Shown here: one piece after another, positions 1-11,099 of the stretch
Layout: each line of letters opens with the position of its first letter
How positions within the stretch are numbered: the stretch's first letter is position 1
Assembly (NCBI GenBank): GCA_001599295.1
Contig: BCGN01000007.1
Location: 136,433 to 200,432, forward strand
Length of the DNA stretch: 64,000 nt
Direction: 5' to 3'
DNA from: Sporopachydermia quercuum
Lineage: Eukaryota
Notes under the pieces: model-generated
Databases searched by the model: none
Told to the model about the DNA's origin: nothing
Seen by the model: the letters and a program-made list of their open reading frames with translations, nothing else
Program-made: the position numbers and the translations under genes

Positions 1-372
1 TGAAGAGTCCATATTTATTAGACTGTCAGGATCAAACTCTGGGACACTATTTATATTTCCATTAGGAATTCCATTGGATAAGCTGCTGTGAATATCATTT
101 GATAGGCCATTGGCAATATCATTAGAAATACCATCAGAAAACCTAGTGACATTCGATTGTAGAGAATTCTGATCGGTGTTGGTATTATAAATAGATGACA
201 TATGTCTAAACCGGGGATTGTTGAGTTGATTCATATCATTGTTCATTAGACCGGACTGCAGAATATTGCTTAATTCTGAATCCTGGTTTTCAATTGCGTC
301 TGGNGCCAGGAATGGTTCCCAATCTTTAGGTGGTCGACCATCATTGGTAAATTCAGAAGCTTGAGGGTCCAT
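1..372 (-). CDS. 5' part of an unidentified gene with an Asn/Ser/Asp-rich low-complexity N-terminus; runs off the left edge
   Basis: ATG at 372 on the minus strand followed by 124 stop-free codons to position 1 (MDPQASEFTNDGRPPKDWEPFLAPDAIENQDSELSNILQ...). Absent from the ORF track because it has no stop in the window. Confidence 0.7.
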   Translation of the reverse strand, partial: MDPQASEFTNDGRPPKDWEPFLXPDAIENQDSELSNILQSGLMNNDMNQLNNPRFRHMSSIYNTNTDQNSLQSNVTRFSDGISNDIANGLSNDIHSSLSNGIPNGNINSVPEFDPDSLINMDSS

Positions 373-2392
373 AATTTCGGTGATCCTATAATACTATATA
401 GGCAATAATGCTATTTTTGTATATGGTAAATAAGTGTTGTCTTGGTGTTGTACTATATAATTTGATATGCTGTGAATCACTTATAAACTTCGTTGGCTGC
501 TCTATTTCGGTTCCAATGATGTAGTATGTTGTAAAGTTCTCGTTCTCTTCTGACTCGTATTTATAACATAATCGAGTTTTAACAAACAAAGGTCTGTTCA
601 ACCAACCGTTTACTAGTCTAACAGCCTATGAATGATTAAGAACAAGCAGGAGGTACAGAGGTAGTAAGTATCAAATAAAACCAAGTTGAATCGAAAACTG
701 TTTGAAAACTCGTTTTGAATGCTATACAGCATTAATAGTAAATACTCTTGATAACACTCTTAAAACAGAGTCAAAATGAGTTTCAAGTTTTACGACCTGT
801 TTCTTGCCGCTTTGCTTATATTGTCGTTGCAGTTGTCGTTTCTGTCAGTGGCTACAATATGATTGATTGATTGACGATTCAAATGAATACGTATCCATAC
901 AATAACATAGCCTTGGCAGCGTGTGAATTTTATATTATGAATCTTGTAAGAATCTGCATTTTCATTTACACGTATTGTTATTGAAATACAGTTATGTTTT
1001 CCATTGTCTTAATACAAATTAGTATCTTATTATCGGGTAGATGCTATCAATAATTGCACAACTTCAATTTTAAGGGAAATTTTTGTTTGGAACCAACAAA
1101 ATGAGTGGCATAGACCCTAAATTAGTGATCGCACTTGGAATATATTATGCGGAGGGTCTGAAGAGAGGGGTCTATTAGGAGGGGTATGCAAGTTATATTA
1201 CATGGCTAGGTGAGTTATATGCATATGTTGCAGATGGCGCAGATGGTTGTTCACAGTAAGCTTTTTGAAATGGTACGAGGGAGATGCTACGAGATAAAAT
1301 ATGGAAAAGTAATGGAATACATGCTGGAGGGTAGAGAGAAAAGAGTAGTATTGCATTTGGCCGTTGTGGTCTAATGCAGGCAATATGTACTCTTTTGATT
1401 GCTGTAGTTGACTGTCTAACAGGAAGTGCTCATGAATTATTAGCTTACATAATCACCTATTAATGAATGGATAAGGTAAAGGGTCTAGAGATCAATGCAA
1501 TTAAACCACCAGGACAATGAGGATTAAACCCGGCAGTCAAATATTGAAATNACAGGATGCCTTTAGTTAAAAATCAAAATTTCAACAGAGTTTCAACTAG
1601 ACCACAGTTTTGATGGAGTCTGAGCTTTCTTAGAGAAAAATGAACATCAGTCGAAAATGATGAGTCTTCTCAACAAACTTATCGCTATGCCTGTGGCGTT
1701 CAGTAGAATCAAGACCTTCATGCAAAATCTGCACTGATATTAGGTGTTTACTTTCAAATATACCGATCAGAATCTGAGGCTGAACTGTGGATAGCCCCGA
1801 TACAGCGTTAGCGATGTCTTCCCCGTAAGTTCAATTCAGTCTCCTTTTTAGACATGCTTTCTCTTACAATTGTTTCCTTATAATTTGATTACCCAACAAG
1901 ATTTTACACCCATCCCTATAGCCATCGGAGTTAATGATTACGTAATGAAACTTATATCAATACCATTCACATTCCAGTATAGAGCGTTCAGTAGATAACA
2001 TAGATAACAAACAGTTGGCACTCAGAAATGCCAGAAGGGTATCCAAACAATTGAGCCCAATAAATTCCAAACTTTCAAATCTGCTCTGCATTGCAGCTTC
2101 AATAAACTGTAAACAAACAACATCCCTAAAATACTAACCATCACATCATGTCCGTAATCAACTATGGATAGCACGTGACAAAATTCTATGATATATCGGA
2201 CATATCTAAACTGAAAATTATTATCGGACAAATATATATTATATATTAGTTCGCGAAACATTGTTGTTTTCTACGATAAGTTTCATCTCATCAACAAGGC
2301 ATCTAATTCTGATACCTTTGTCACAATTGAAGCTCAAATCGTTCATTCAAGCTGGAAATATCAGCTGAGAGTGTAATAGAAAAGTGTTCAAA

Positions 2393-3344
2393 ATGCCTCG
2401 AAACACTGTCTTTGTGAGTGGTAAGTATATGAAGACTTTCGAACTAGAGAGATAGCATTGTTAGAATGAATGAGGATCCGAGGATTCTCTGCTCGGTCGC
2501 CCTCATGAAAGGAAAAAGCCCATGAAACGACATCAATTTGCTATACTAACCAGTGAATATCAGGCTTTTCTGTAGGTGTCAGAGCCCGAGATATTGCACA
2601 CGAATTTGAAGAGTAAGTATAAAGGGTTTGAAAAGTATTATAGCTAGTTCGGTAGAGGAGCCATTGATATTGAATGGAATCGTGACTAACGAGCTTTTCA
2701 TTGTCAGATTTGGCCCTTTGATAAGATGCGATATCCCACCATGCAGAAATGGAAGACCTTACGCTTTCGTTGAGTTTGAAGATGAAAGAGACGCAGACGA
2801 AGCTATTTATCAAATGGATAGAAGAAGACTTCGTAACGGAGATCTAGTGAAATGTGAACTCGCCAAATCAGCACCATATTCTAAAGGTGATAGAAAAGAT
2901 AGGGGTTATAGAGAAAGAGATTCCGGAGGTAGAAATAAACGAGGACGAGATAGGGATCGAAAAAGGGATAGGGCCAGAGGTTCGAGAAAGGGAAGTAGAT
3001 CACCTGATAAGGAGAAGGATACAAACAGAAGCAGAAGCGGAAGCAGATCACGAGATAGAACTACAAGCAGAAGCAGAAGTCAAAGCCCCACAAGGAGTAG
3101 ATCTGGAAGTAGGAGCCGATCACCAGCTCAGAGCAATGGAGGTAACAATGATTCATCAGTTAATGAACACAAGGAAGGTTCTAATGATGATACTGCAAAT
3201 GGAGACAACCAAGATAACAGTGAGGAAACTAACGGTAAAAATGTTCCAGCTGAACAAGAATCTAATAACAATGTAGCTGGCGTGCCTGAAAATGCAGCTG
3301 ATGAGAAAAGAACTAAGGACTCATCAAAAGGACAATCGACATAA
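2393..3344 (+). CDS. SR-family pre-mRNA splicing factor (RRM + RS domain), S. pombe Srp1-like; exons 2393-2420, 2564-2612, 2708-3344 (237 aa)
   Basis: Splicing intron 2421-2563 (GTAAGT..TACTAAC..CAG) and intron 2613-2707 (GTAAGT..GACTAAC..CAG) gives [55 protein letters not shown], with RNP2 and RNP1 motifs, followed by RD/RS dipeptide runs. The exon lengths sum to 714 nt, in frame. Confidence 0.85.
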
Positions 3345-3565
3345 GAGAAATAGGAATGAAATTCTTTTATTACATTATGTCTAATGAACATAGAAATCAC
3401 TACTGAGATTATTGTCTTAGATTGACTAGATAAAGATAAAAATCAAGTAAGATATCAAAATGCTCATATTTATAACGTTAAACATCTGGAGCGATTATGA
3501 ACAAATATTCCAAACCTGCCTGTCGGTTCCAAACACTTTCTTCGCATTTAACTGCTCCTACTCAT

Positions 3566-4558
3566 TTATTCAATAACGCATACAATTTTACCCTTACTAA
3601 CGTTTGATGCCATATAATCATGTGCTTTCGAGATATCTTTCCAGTTGAACACTTTATCAATAGGTATGACAAATTCACCAGATTGGATTCTGGGCAAATA
3701 TCTTTGTTTAATAGTATCAAAAATCTTTGCTTGGTATTCAATACTTCTTGATCTCAATGTGGTTCCCTCTATTTTCAATTTTTTCCTTAATATTTCAAAT
3801 AAATCAACATTTTCTGCAACTGCACCACCCATAATAGCCAGCACTATTAGTTGGCCTTCTGGTCGAAGAATCTTCAGGTCTTTGTTAAAATAGCTACCTC
3901 CAACAGGATCAATTATAAGATCAACACCATCTTTATTTTGAATCACTTGTTCAAAATCTTCTTTCTTGTAGTTGATTGTTGTACATTTACCCTTAGATAT
4001 ATGATCCATTATTTCTTTAACAGCAGTACACTTTTCATCAGTTCCCATAGTTAGGAACACTTCTGAGCCTTCAGAAGTAGCGATTTGACCAGCTGCTATA
4101 CCTACACCGCTTGCGCCAGCATGAATTAACACTTTTTCGCTTTTGTTTATATTTCCAACTGCTGTAAGACATTGAGTTGCTGTTGCCCACACCTCGGGGA
4201 TGGCAGCTCCTTTTATCTCATCAATATCACCTAATGGCAAAAGCATTCGTTCGTCAGCAGCTACATATTCAGCATAAGCTCCTCCGTATACCAAGCCAAA
4301 TACACCGTCTCCATTTTTAAAGACCGTTGAGCCATTAATGTCAGCTATAGTCCCAGAGAACTCAACTCCCAATGTGTCTGGGGCATTTGGTGGCATAGGG
4401 TAAAAACCTTCTCTTTGAAGCAAATCCATACGATTTAAACCAAACGCTCTCACTTTGACAAGTACTTGGCCTTCGGTGAGCTTGGGAAGAGAAAAATCCA
4501 CTATTTCTAGTGCCGAAGAAGGACCCTTACCATTTTGCACTCTAACAGCTTTCATCAT
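3566..4558 (-). CDS. NAD(P)H:quinone oxidoreductase, MDR/zeta-crystallin (PIG3-like) family
   Basis: 330 aa; motifs VKVRAFGLNRMD, LGVEFSG, GGAYAEY, VLIHAGASGVG (nucleotide binding) and C-terminal GKIV. Confidence 0.9.
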   Translation of the reverse strand: MMKAVRVQNGKGPSSALEIVDFSLPKLTEGQVLVKVRAFGLNRMDLLQREGFYPMPPNAPDTLGVEFSGTIADINGSTVFKNGDGVFGLVYGGAYAEYVAADERMLLPLGDIDEIKGAAIPEVWATATQCLTAVGNINKSEKVLIHAGASGVGIAAGQIATSEGSEVFLTMGTDEKCTAVKEIMDHISKGKCTTINYKKEDFEQVIQNKDGVDLIIDPVGGSYFNKDLKILRPEGQLIVLAIMGGAVAENVDLFEILRKKLKIEGTTLRSRSIEYQAKIFDTIKQRYLPRIQSGEFVIPIDKVFNWKDISKAHDYMASNVSKGKIVCVIE

Positions 4559-7500
4559 TGTTACAGGAAAGAGAGATGAGTATGTGACTACTCTACAGTA
4601 CTTTAAGAGTAAAAGTGTTGATAAAACAAAAGCTTGAAGATTTTAAATACAATAACTAATCACAAAAATTTTTGACTAAATTAATTTCTGTATTTATTAT
4701 TGTTGAATAGGATACAAATAGGAAATAGTCAATAAAAATGTCCTTTCGCTGAGTAATCAATAATAACTATATTGACGAAAGAAGGAAGCAATTGTGTACA
4801 AATCCGGGGTNAAATGTTTGCCCTTAGAACAGGATGAGAAGTGATGTTAATTTGGGGTTTGATATGGGAGGCAGTTCACAAGACAGTATTTATTGATTAT
4901 GTGATCTAAATAGGGACGGCTATTAATAGGTGATTGACCATAAGTATGGAAGACGAGAAAGGAAAAACAGAGAGGAAAAACAGAAAGAAGAAACAGAAAA
5001 AGAAATCTTGAAACTGAGTAGAGGTAATTGAAAAGTTGATGACAATGGAAATTTAAGGAATATAATTGTTCAAGATTCAGGGATGAACGGGAAGTAAATT
5101 GAGCATGCAGTGAGGTATTATAGTGCGGTTGAAGTCGCCATTGGTAGCCGTTGGAGAAGTATGCGTGGTCCTTGAATATCAGCTTTGTTCCTAGAATATT
5201 TAAATGATTCAAAGTAAATCAAATNCAATCAGTAGTTTTTTTAAAATAAGATGTGGAGTGTTTCCCGAAAATTTGTAATTGAACATTGCGAATGATCTGA
5301 GAGCCTTGGTATAGTAAATGATTCAACACAATTCCCCAAAGATTGGTTGCAGATCAGGCCAAATATATCAATCAGTACACTGTCAACAGAAACAAGTAAA
5401 CAGGACTTGAAAATCATCTTCAGTATTTATTTAGAATCAATGACGGAATTATCGGGAGCTCAATTATAGTTATCATTCATCAGATCTTACGCTACTGCTT
5501 CTGCCTTATTTACACGGAGACAACATTGTTTCAGTCATGCAAATGCATTTTAATGCATTTTAACGACCATATAAAATCCTGAGAAATATACTGTAAAAAA
5601 TAAGCTACGTTGAAATATCATCAATTCACCTAAAATGATATGTTTTCAGGGAAATATATGAAGAAATCTCGGTTGGATTATTCGAATATNTTCTATGTAT
5701 CAATGAACTAAGAAAGAAAAACAGGAATTAGAGTTTACTCTTTGACAAAGTAATGTTTTCGACCGAAACAGAACCTAAAGTTCCAGACATCTCACCTCTG
5801 GAGTAAAGCTCATTTTGTCGGTTTGTTGATATCATTGGATCTCAACAGTACCACAACAGTTTCTATATATTCAACAGTTTTCGTTATAAATAAGCGCCGA
5901 CGGTCTCTATTATAGCTTGTACTTTGTCCTTGAAGAAAGCTGCTCCAACGGGTTAGACGAAGTCCAAAGATGATCTGTACTGCAACTTTACATCACATTC
6001 TCTGGCAGGATCTCACAGAGGTTCTTTATAGTTTGTGCTCTCAATGAAATATGATATAAGCCAGTACAATTAATATTGAACTCTAGCTTCATGGAACTAT
6101 AAAATCCTGGAAAATGCTCCCAGTCCCATCGTTGTTCNTTGATGGAGAAACGAGACCGAGAAACAGTTATTCCATTGAAAGACAAACCCTAAACAATAAA
6201 ACAAAAATAGGAAACTTACACTTATCCTTCCCAAAAAGTAATATGCAGATATACGGAATNGATTACAGTAGATGTACTTAAGTATATATCCAAGCATCGA
6301 TTTGGGAATTGTTCCTGAGAGTCGTATCTCATTGAATGATATAATAAAATACATACTATGGTACAAATGACTTAATATATTTAGTTCTTTTAATAGACCA
6401 AAGGAAGATCAAACATTGGTAGCCTTTAAGCTATAAGCTGTCCAAAATTGAAATCAAATGGAATCATTCATGTCCACATCGAAGCACTTGAAGATTGAGT
6501 AAAAGGACTTTCATGCTCAGTGATGGACAGACCACTAATAATAATAGCATGTATTGCATTGTCCATGTATTACATATAAGATGTAAACTCACAAGGAGAA
6601 AAAGTTTCAAAGATATGAGCCTCAACAAGAACAAACATATAACTATTTCAACTCTTGCTATTAAAATCTTATTACCCTTTCCGATCTGAGACCTTTAAGT
6701 GATTTTTACTGCATTTGTAACCACCTAATTAGAATCCTTGCAGTTGACGTTTGACTTCGGTTTTCAATAGAATTCTAAGCTGCTAATGATAATTTAACAG
6801 TAATAAGGGCGTTGTTAGAAAACATTCTCCAAGATCCGGGCTGTAATATTCTCATTGTTTCATCTGTAAAACTTGTGAAACTGATGATAGTATATTTGAA
6901 TGACCAAATTCACAGTGGCTGGTTCGGTCAATAGAGTTCAGATACTACTAAGAAGAAACAATATGTATAATCTTTCTCTTTGATAGCGGACCACATGAGG
7001 AATCAATTGATNTACTTACTTTCCGCACTTCAGGTAATATTTACCGCCTACGTAATTAGATTAGTTTGGCAAGATTCTATTGATTTAAACAAACAATACG
7101 CTTCAAGTAGCAGATTCAAATGGTCGAATCATATATGTATGCCACGCCACACACTTATCAGTCTAATAAATATTACAACATGCTAACAGAATATCATTAT
7201 AACTGACATCCTGAATACTCTAAAACACTTGACCATATTCTTTCCATTTCAAATTGTAAATTGAGATATAATTGATCTTCGCATATTTCAGATCATGTTT
7301 TTCATTAATTTCTTGTTCCTTCTTTTATTCACAGTCAACTGCAGTTTATAGGAGAATTGCATTAGTCTTTTCTATAGCTGAAATCATTTAGCAGTTGTAC
7401 TGAAGAACTTTATCTAAATATAAACAAAGTTAGTTGAAATAAGAGTTTTTATAATGCTTAACAGTTCAACCTTAAGCTTCAATCTTTTATCCAGGCACAG

Positions 7501-7651
7501 GCTATTGTAGGTACATGAGAAGAGGATCATACATTTCGCTCATAGTTATACTCATAATTAAATACAATTTCGTTCATAAAGTACAAGGAGAAGGGCAGAG
7601 AACACACTTAAGATAGTGAAAGTATCCTTTACAAATAGGAAAGTTTCAACT

Positions 7652-7661
7652 CTATATATAG
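7652..7661. promoter_or_regulatory. Putative Rlm1 (MADS-box) site upstream of the PIR gene
   Basis: CTATATATAG matches CTA(A/T)4TAG about 300 nt before the PIR ATG; PIR genes are known cell-wall-integrity targets. A TATA-like TATATATAAA lies near 7774. Confidence 0.45.
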
Positions 7662-7962
7662 CTTCGTATGTAAAATGGTTGAAATTGAATTCTAACTAAT
7701 CATTTTTCCATCATTTACTGACACTCTTATATATAACGTTGATTTGGGTAACCGTCATTAATATTTTCAGAAATATATATAAAGACAACTGGTCCCATTG
7801 ATTGATTACTTTCTCTTATAGAAATTGAGAGTTTTTCACATGAGCTCTAAAGAATCAAACTTGATCTTGTGATAAAAGTAATCTTCACAGTATTTATCAT
7901 CGAAACACATAATAAAAAACCGAGCTCAACCGAACTATTCGTGAAATCTCATATCCTCTAAA

Positions 7963-8925
7963 ATGTTACCCATCAAAACTCTAGGTGCTATTTTAATGGC
8001 TATAACAGCTGTTAAAGCAGCTTATGTTCCTTCTGAACCTTGGACTACCTTGACTCCAAAGGCCTCTGCACCATCTGGTGCCATCACAGACTATGATGGA
8101 AGCTTTGGTATTGCCATTAATCCAATTGCCTCATCCAAGGGCAAGAGAGATGCTGTGAGTCAAATTGATGATGGACAAGTCCAAGCCCCTACTACAACAA
8201 AAAGTACTGTTCCAGCTGTTGTTACCCAAATTACTGATGGTCAAATCCAAGCCCCTACTACAACCAAGAAGACCGCTCCTGCCGTTGTTACTCAAATTGG
8301 CGATGGTCAAATCCAAGCCCCTACTACAACCAAGAAGACCGCTCCTGCCGTTGTTACTCAAATTGGCGATGGTCAAATTCAAGCACCTACCTCAACTAAA
8401 ACTCATGCTTCAGTCGTTACCCAAATCACTGACGGCCAAATCCAAGCTCCAGCTAAGTCAACCGGTACTCCGGTGACCCAAATTAGCGATGGTCAAGTTC
8501 AAGCTGCTACAGAAAGTGAAACTAATACACCTGCTACTCAAATCAGCGATGGTCAAGTTCAATTGCCAACCCAATCAGTGATAACTCAGGAAGAAGACGG
8601 ACAAGCTGTTAGCATTGAACAAGTTGCTTGCGCCAGTGACGGTACTTTATCTATGAAATTAAATAAGGGTGTTCTCACAGATTCCCACGGAAGAATAGGT
8701 TCAATTGTCGCCAACAGGCAATTCCAATTTGATGGTCCACCACCACAAGCTGGTGCCATCTATGCTGCTGGATGGTCAGTTACTCCTGATGGACGTTTAG
8801 CTTTAGGTGATTCAGATGTTTTCTATCAATGTCTGTCTGGTAGCTTCTACAACTTATATGATGAATCTATTGGAGGACAGTGTCACAAGGTTTACTTAGA
8901 TGTTGTTGCTTTGATTGATTGTTAA
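7963..8925 (+). CDS. PIR-family cell wall protein (Pir1/Hsp150/Cis3-like)
   Basis: Signal peptide, [14 protein letters not shown]-terminus, Kex2 KR site, seven QI.DGQ.Q repeats plus one degenerate copy, and the four-Cys C-terminal domain ([30 protein letters not shown]...C). Confidence 0.95.
   Translation: MLPIKTLGAILMAITAVKAAYVPSEPWTTLTPKASAPSGAITDYDGSFGIAINPIASSKGKRDAVSQIDDGQVQAPTTTKSTVPAVVTQITDGQIQAPTTTKKTAPAVVTQIGDGQIQAPTTTKKTAPAVVTQIGDGQIQAPTSTKTHASVVTQITDGQIQAPAKSTGTPVTQISDGQVQAATESETNTPATQISDGQVQLPTQSVITQEEDGQAVSIEQVACASDGTLSMKLNKGVLTDSHGRIGSIVANRQFQFDGPPPQAGAIYAAGWSVTPDGRLALGDSDVFYQCLSGSFYNLYDESIGGQCHKVYLDVVALIDC
8236..8378 (+). repeat. Perfect 66-bp tandem duplication of a PIR repeat unit
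   Basis: 8236-8301 is identical to 8302-8367 and the match continues to 8378. Confidence 0.9.
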
Positions 8926-10676
8926 ACTAATTGGAGTTCTACTTTGACTTTTCATTCGTTATTGCATTCAATCTCGGTATATCTAATTAGTTGAACCAAC
9001 TGATTTCTATCAGTAGGTTTGATTTCATTCTTACTATTTGAACTTCGACTTTCGCTTCGTTTTTCTATATTCTTTTCTTTATTATGAAGATTCGGTGAAT
9101 ACTTTCTTAATTGATTGGTATTTCATATAATCTATGATTTTGGGTTTCTTTACTACTAATTTGCTTTTAATGCATCGGTGACTAAACATTTCTATCAAGT
9201 GACATTTACAGCTGATTTACCGACTGTAGTTTTCACTTGAATATGAAATTATTGTTTGTATAGTTGGTTAATAAAAATAAATTTTCTGAACATGAATAAT
9301 TTAATGACCTTCTGGGATGATGAGTAGGAATAAGAAGAGACAAGGAGATGGATGAGCTAGGTGAGAGAAAGTAGTTAGGGTTTGAACACAAGTACTTGAT
9401 TTATGCAACTTGCAACTGCCAAGCATTTTTAGCGTATCGGCTTTAAACATTGCAGGCCTGTTTAAGAAACACCCTTGTCTGCAACAGATGAACAACTACA
9501 ATAATAAAGCTTAATGAGCTTTTGTATTGATGTGTATATATTGAAATCGAATAAACACCCTTTTGGTTTTTCTTTCTTTTTTTACATTCAACTTTCAGTA
9601 GTTTGTTCGGATCAATTCAAAACTGGAAGTACATGTTAATCTCAGGTAAATCTTTTTCTTGAACCTTAAAATTTAACTTTTAGTGGTTTCAAATGTATTA
9701 TTGGAGCTGTTTTCCATACTTTGAGACCATTGTGCAGTGCCCACCAAAGAGCAATAGAGTAGCTACGGAATTTCATAACTGGAGATCGTTTGCAGTATGT
9801 CAGTTGATGATTTGCAAAAATATATGTAAAATTGTATGCCTAATTTGGTCCTGGAGGNAAACATCCTCTACCAGCTCATCGCAGTCTCACTGCCTTCTTT
9901 AAGGAATGAAGTTCTTTATGATTCATTTCCTTCCTTTGACATGATGAGGAATGCTTCCTTAGCAAGAAACTATTTTCATAATCATTNAATCTGTTCGGTT
10001 ATTCCGATCAGAATCATAAAATGTGATATTTGATTGAGAGCAGACGAGAGCAACTATAATGCGCCCTAAACCATGAAAAGAGTGCCGGAATAGAAAAAGG
10101 TTACCAGAACTCATTTTGATTAGTCGAAAGACTAGTATGTTAGTGCTATCGAATTTTTGTCTATCCGTGTATTGCTTATTCTAATAAAGCTGATGAATTC
10201 AACAATCAAAGTCTACTCTACACTATTCAACCATCTCTTCTGAATATTTACTTCAGATGAAAACTAGCAATTCAGTCCTGTAATGTAAACGTTAGCCGCT
10301 GACGGCTCATCCTTACAGTTTGAAACTTCCCGTCTCATCATGCTACAACTTTTTCAGCCCGAGACCCGGCTATAGAAGGCATTCAGACTTTCAGCGTTAG
10401 CTTTTGAAACCCAAAATCATTCTCTTCTCCTTCTTTACCATTTTAGCACAACTGCCGTGAGCACCAATCCTCATTTTAACCTTAACAGTATCAATAAAAA
10501 AACATGTGTAGCCGTTATGCTAGCATTAAAGCTGCATATCTGCTGCAGCCTGTTAAGTGTCTGCAATGAATAAAATTTTCATCCCTTTTAGCGCAAACGT
10601 TAAAACTTTATATTCATTTCCGCCTTATTCACCAATTTTATCCAATCATTTAGTGCTTCTTCTAGCTCATTTCCAC

Positions 10677-10682
10677 CACGTT
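10677..10682. promoter_or_regulatory. Possible Pho4 low-affinity site (CACGTT) upstream of PHO84
   Basis: CACGTT about 420 nt upstream of the PHO84 ATG; a single short match. Confidence 0.35.
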
Positions 10683-10789
10683 TTCCATTAGTCTATGCAA
10701 GGGAATACAACTTAAATAGAAATGTCCCTTTTTGGTAAGTGAGGCAGTATTTTAGCCAAAAATTAATATATTCTTGACACAGTAACGCC

Positions 10790-10946
10790 TACCAAGGCAT
10801 ACCAAGGACGTCAAAAGGCTTATTTCCTAGATTAATAAATACCAAGACTTTTGCTAAGATCTTTATTTTGTTTCCAGTAAGTTGTCGTGTGACATATTTC
10901 GCTATTCGGCCATTGAACACCATAGTCTTATACCAAGAATACCAAG
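10790..10946 (+). promoter_or_regulatory. Cluster of five TACCAAG motifs in the PHO84 promoter
   Basis: Copies start at 10790, 10800, 10840, 10931 and 10940, all in the same orientation. Confidence 0.5.
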
Positions 10947-11099
10947 CTTTTGCTGTACTTTTAGGCTGTTCTAAACCGAAAGAGCTTCATTACATTTCTA
11001 TAAGGAGATATTAAGATCTCAAATTTCAGGCCAGTCAAAGCTAGTATTTAATATAATACACACGAAACTTCACAGGAACTCATATATTATAGATAAAAA

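Noticed and set aside
1656..1737. ATGATGA...CTGA pair suggesting a box C/D snoRNA
   Set aside because: No convincing terminal stem and no clean rRNA-complementary guide that I can recognise; a snoscan/Rfam run would be needed.
2628..2707. N-terminus of the 238-aa track ORF (MKSIIASS...)
   Set aside because: It starts at TTG inside intron 2 of the SR gene; the real N-terminus comes from upstream exons.
4847..7186. Several 60-120 aa ORFs between the oxidoreductase and PIR genes
   Set aside because: Mostly TTG/GTG starts, no recognisable motifs, no transposon protein signatures; treated as intergenic.
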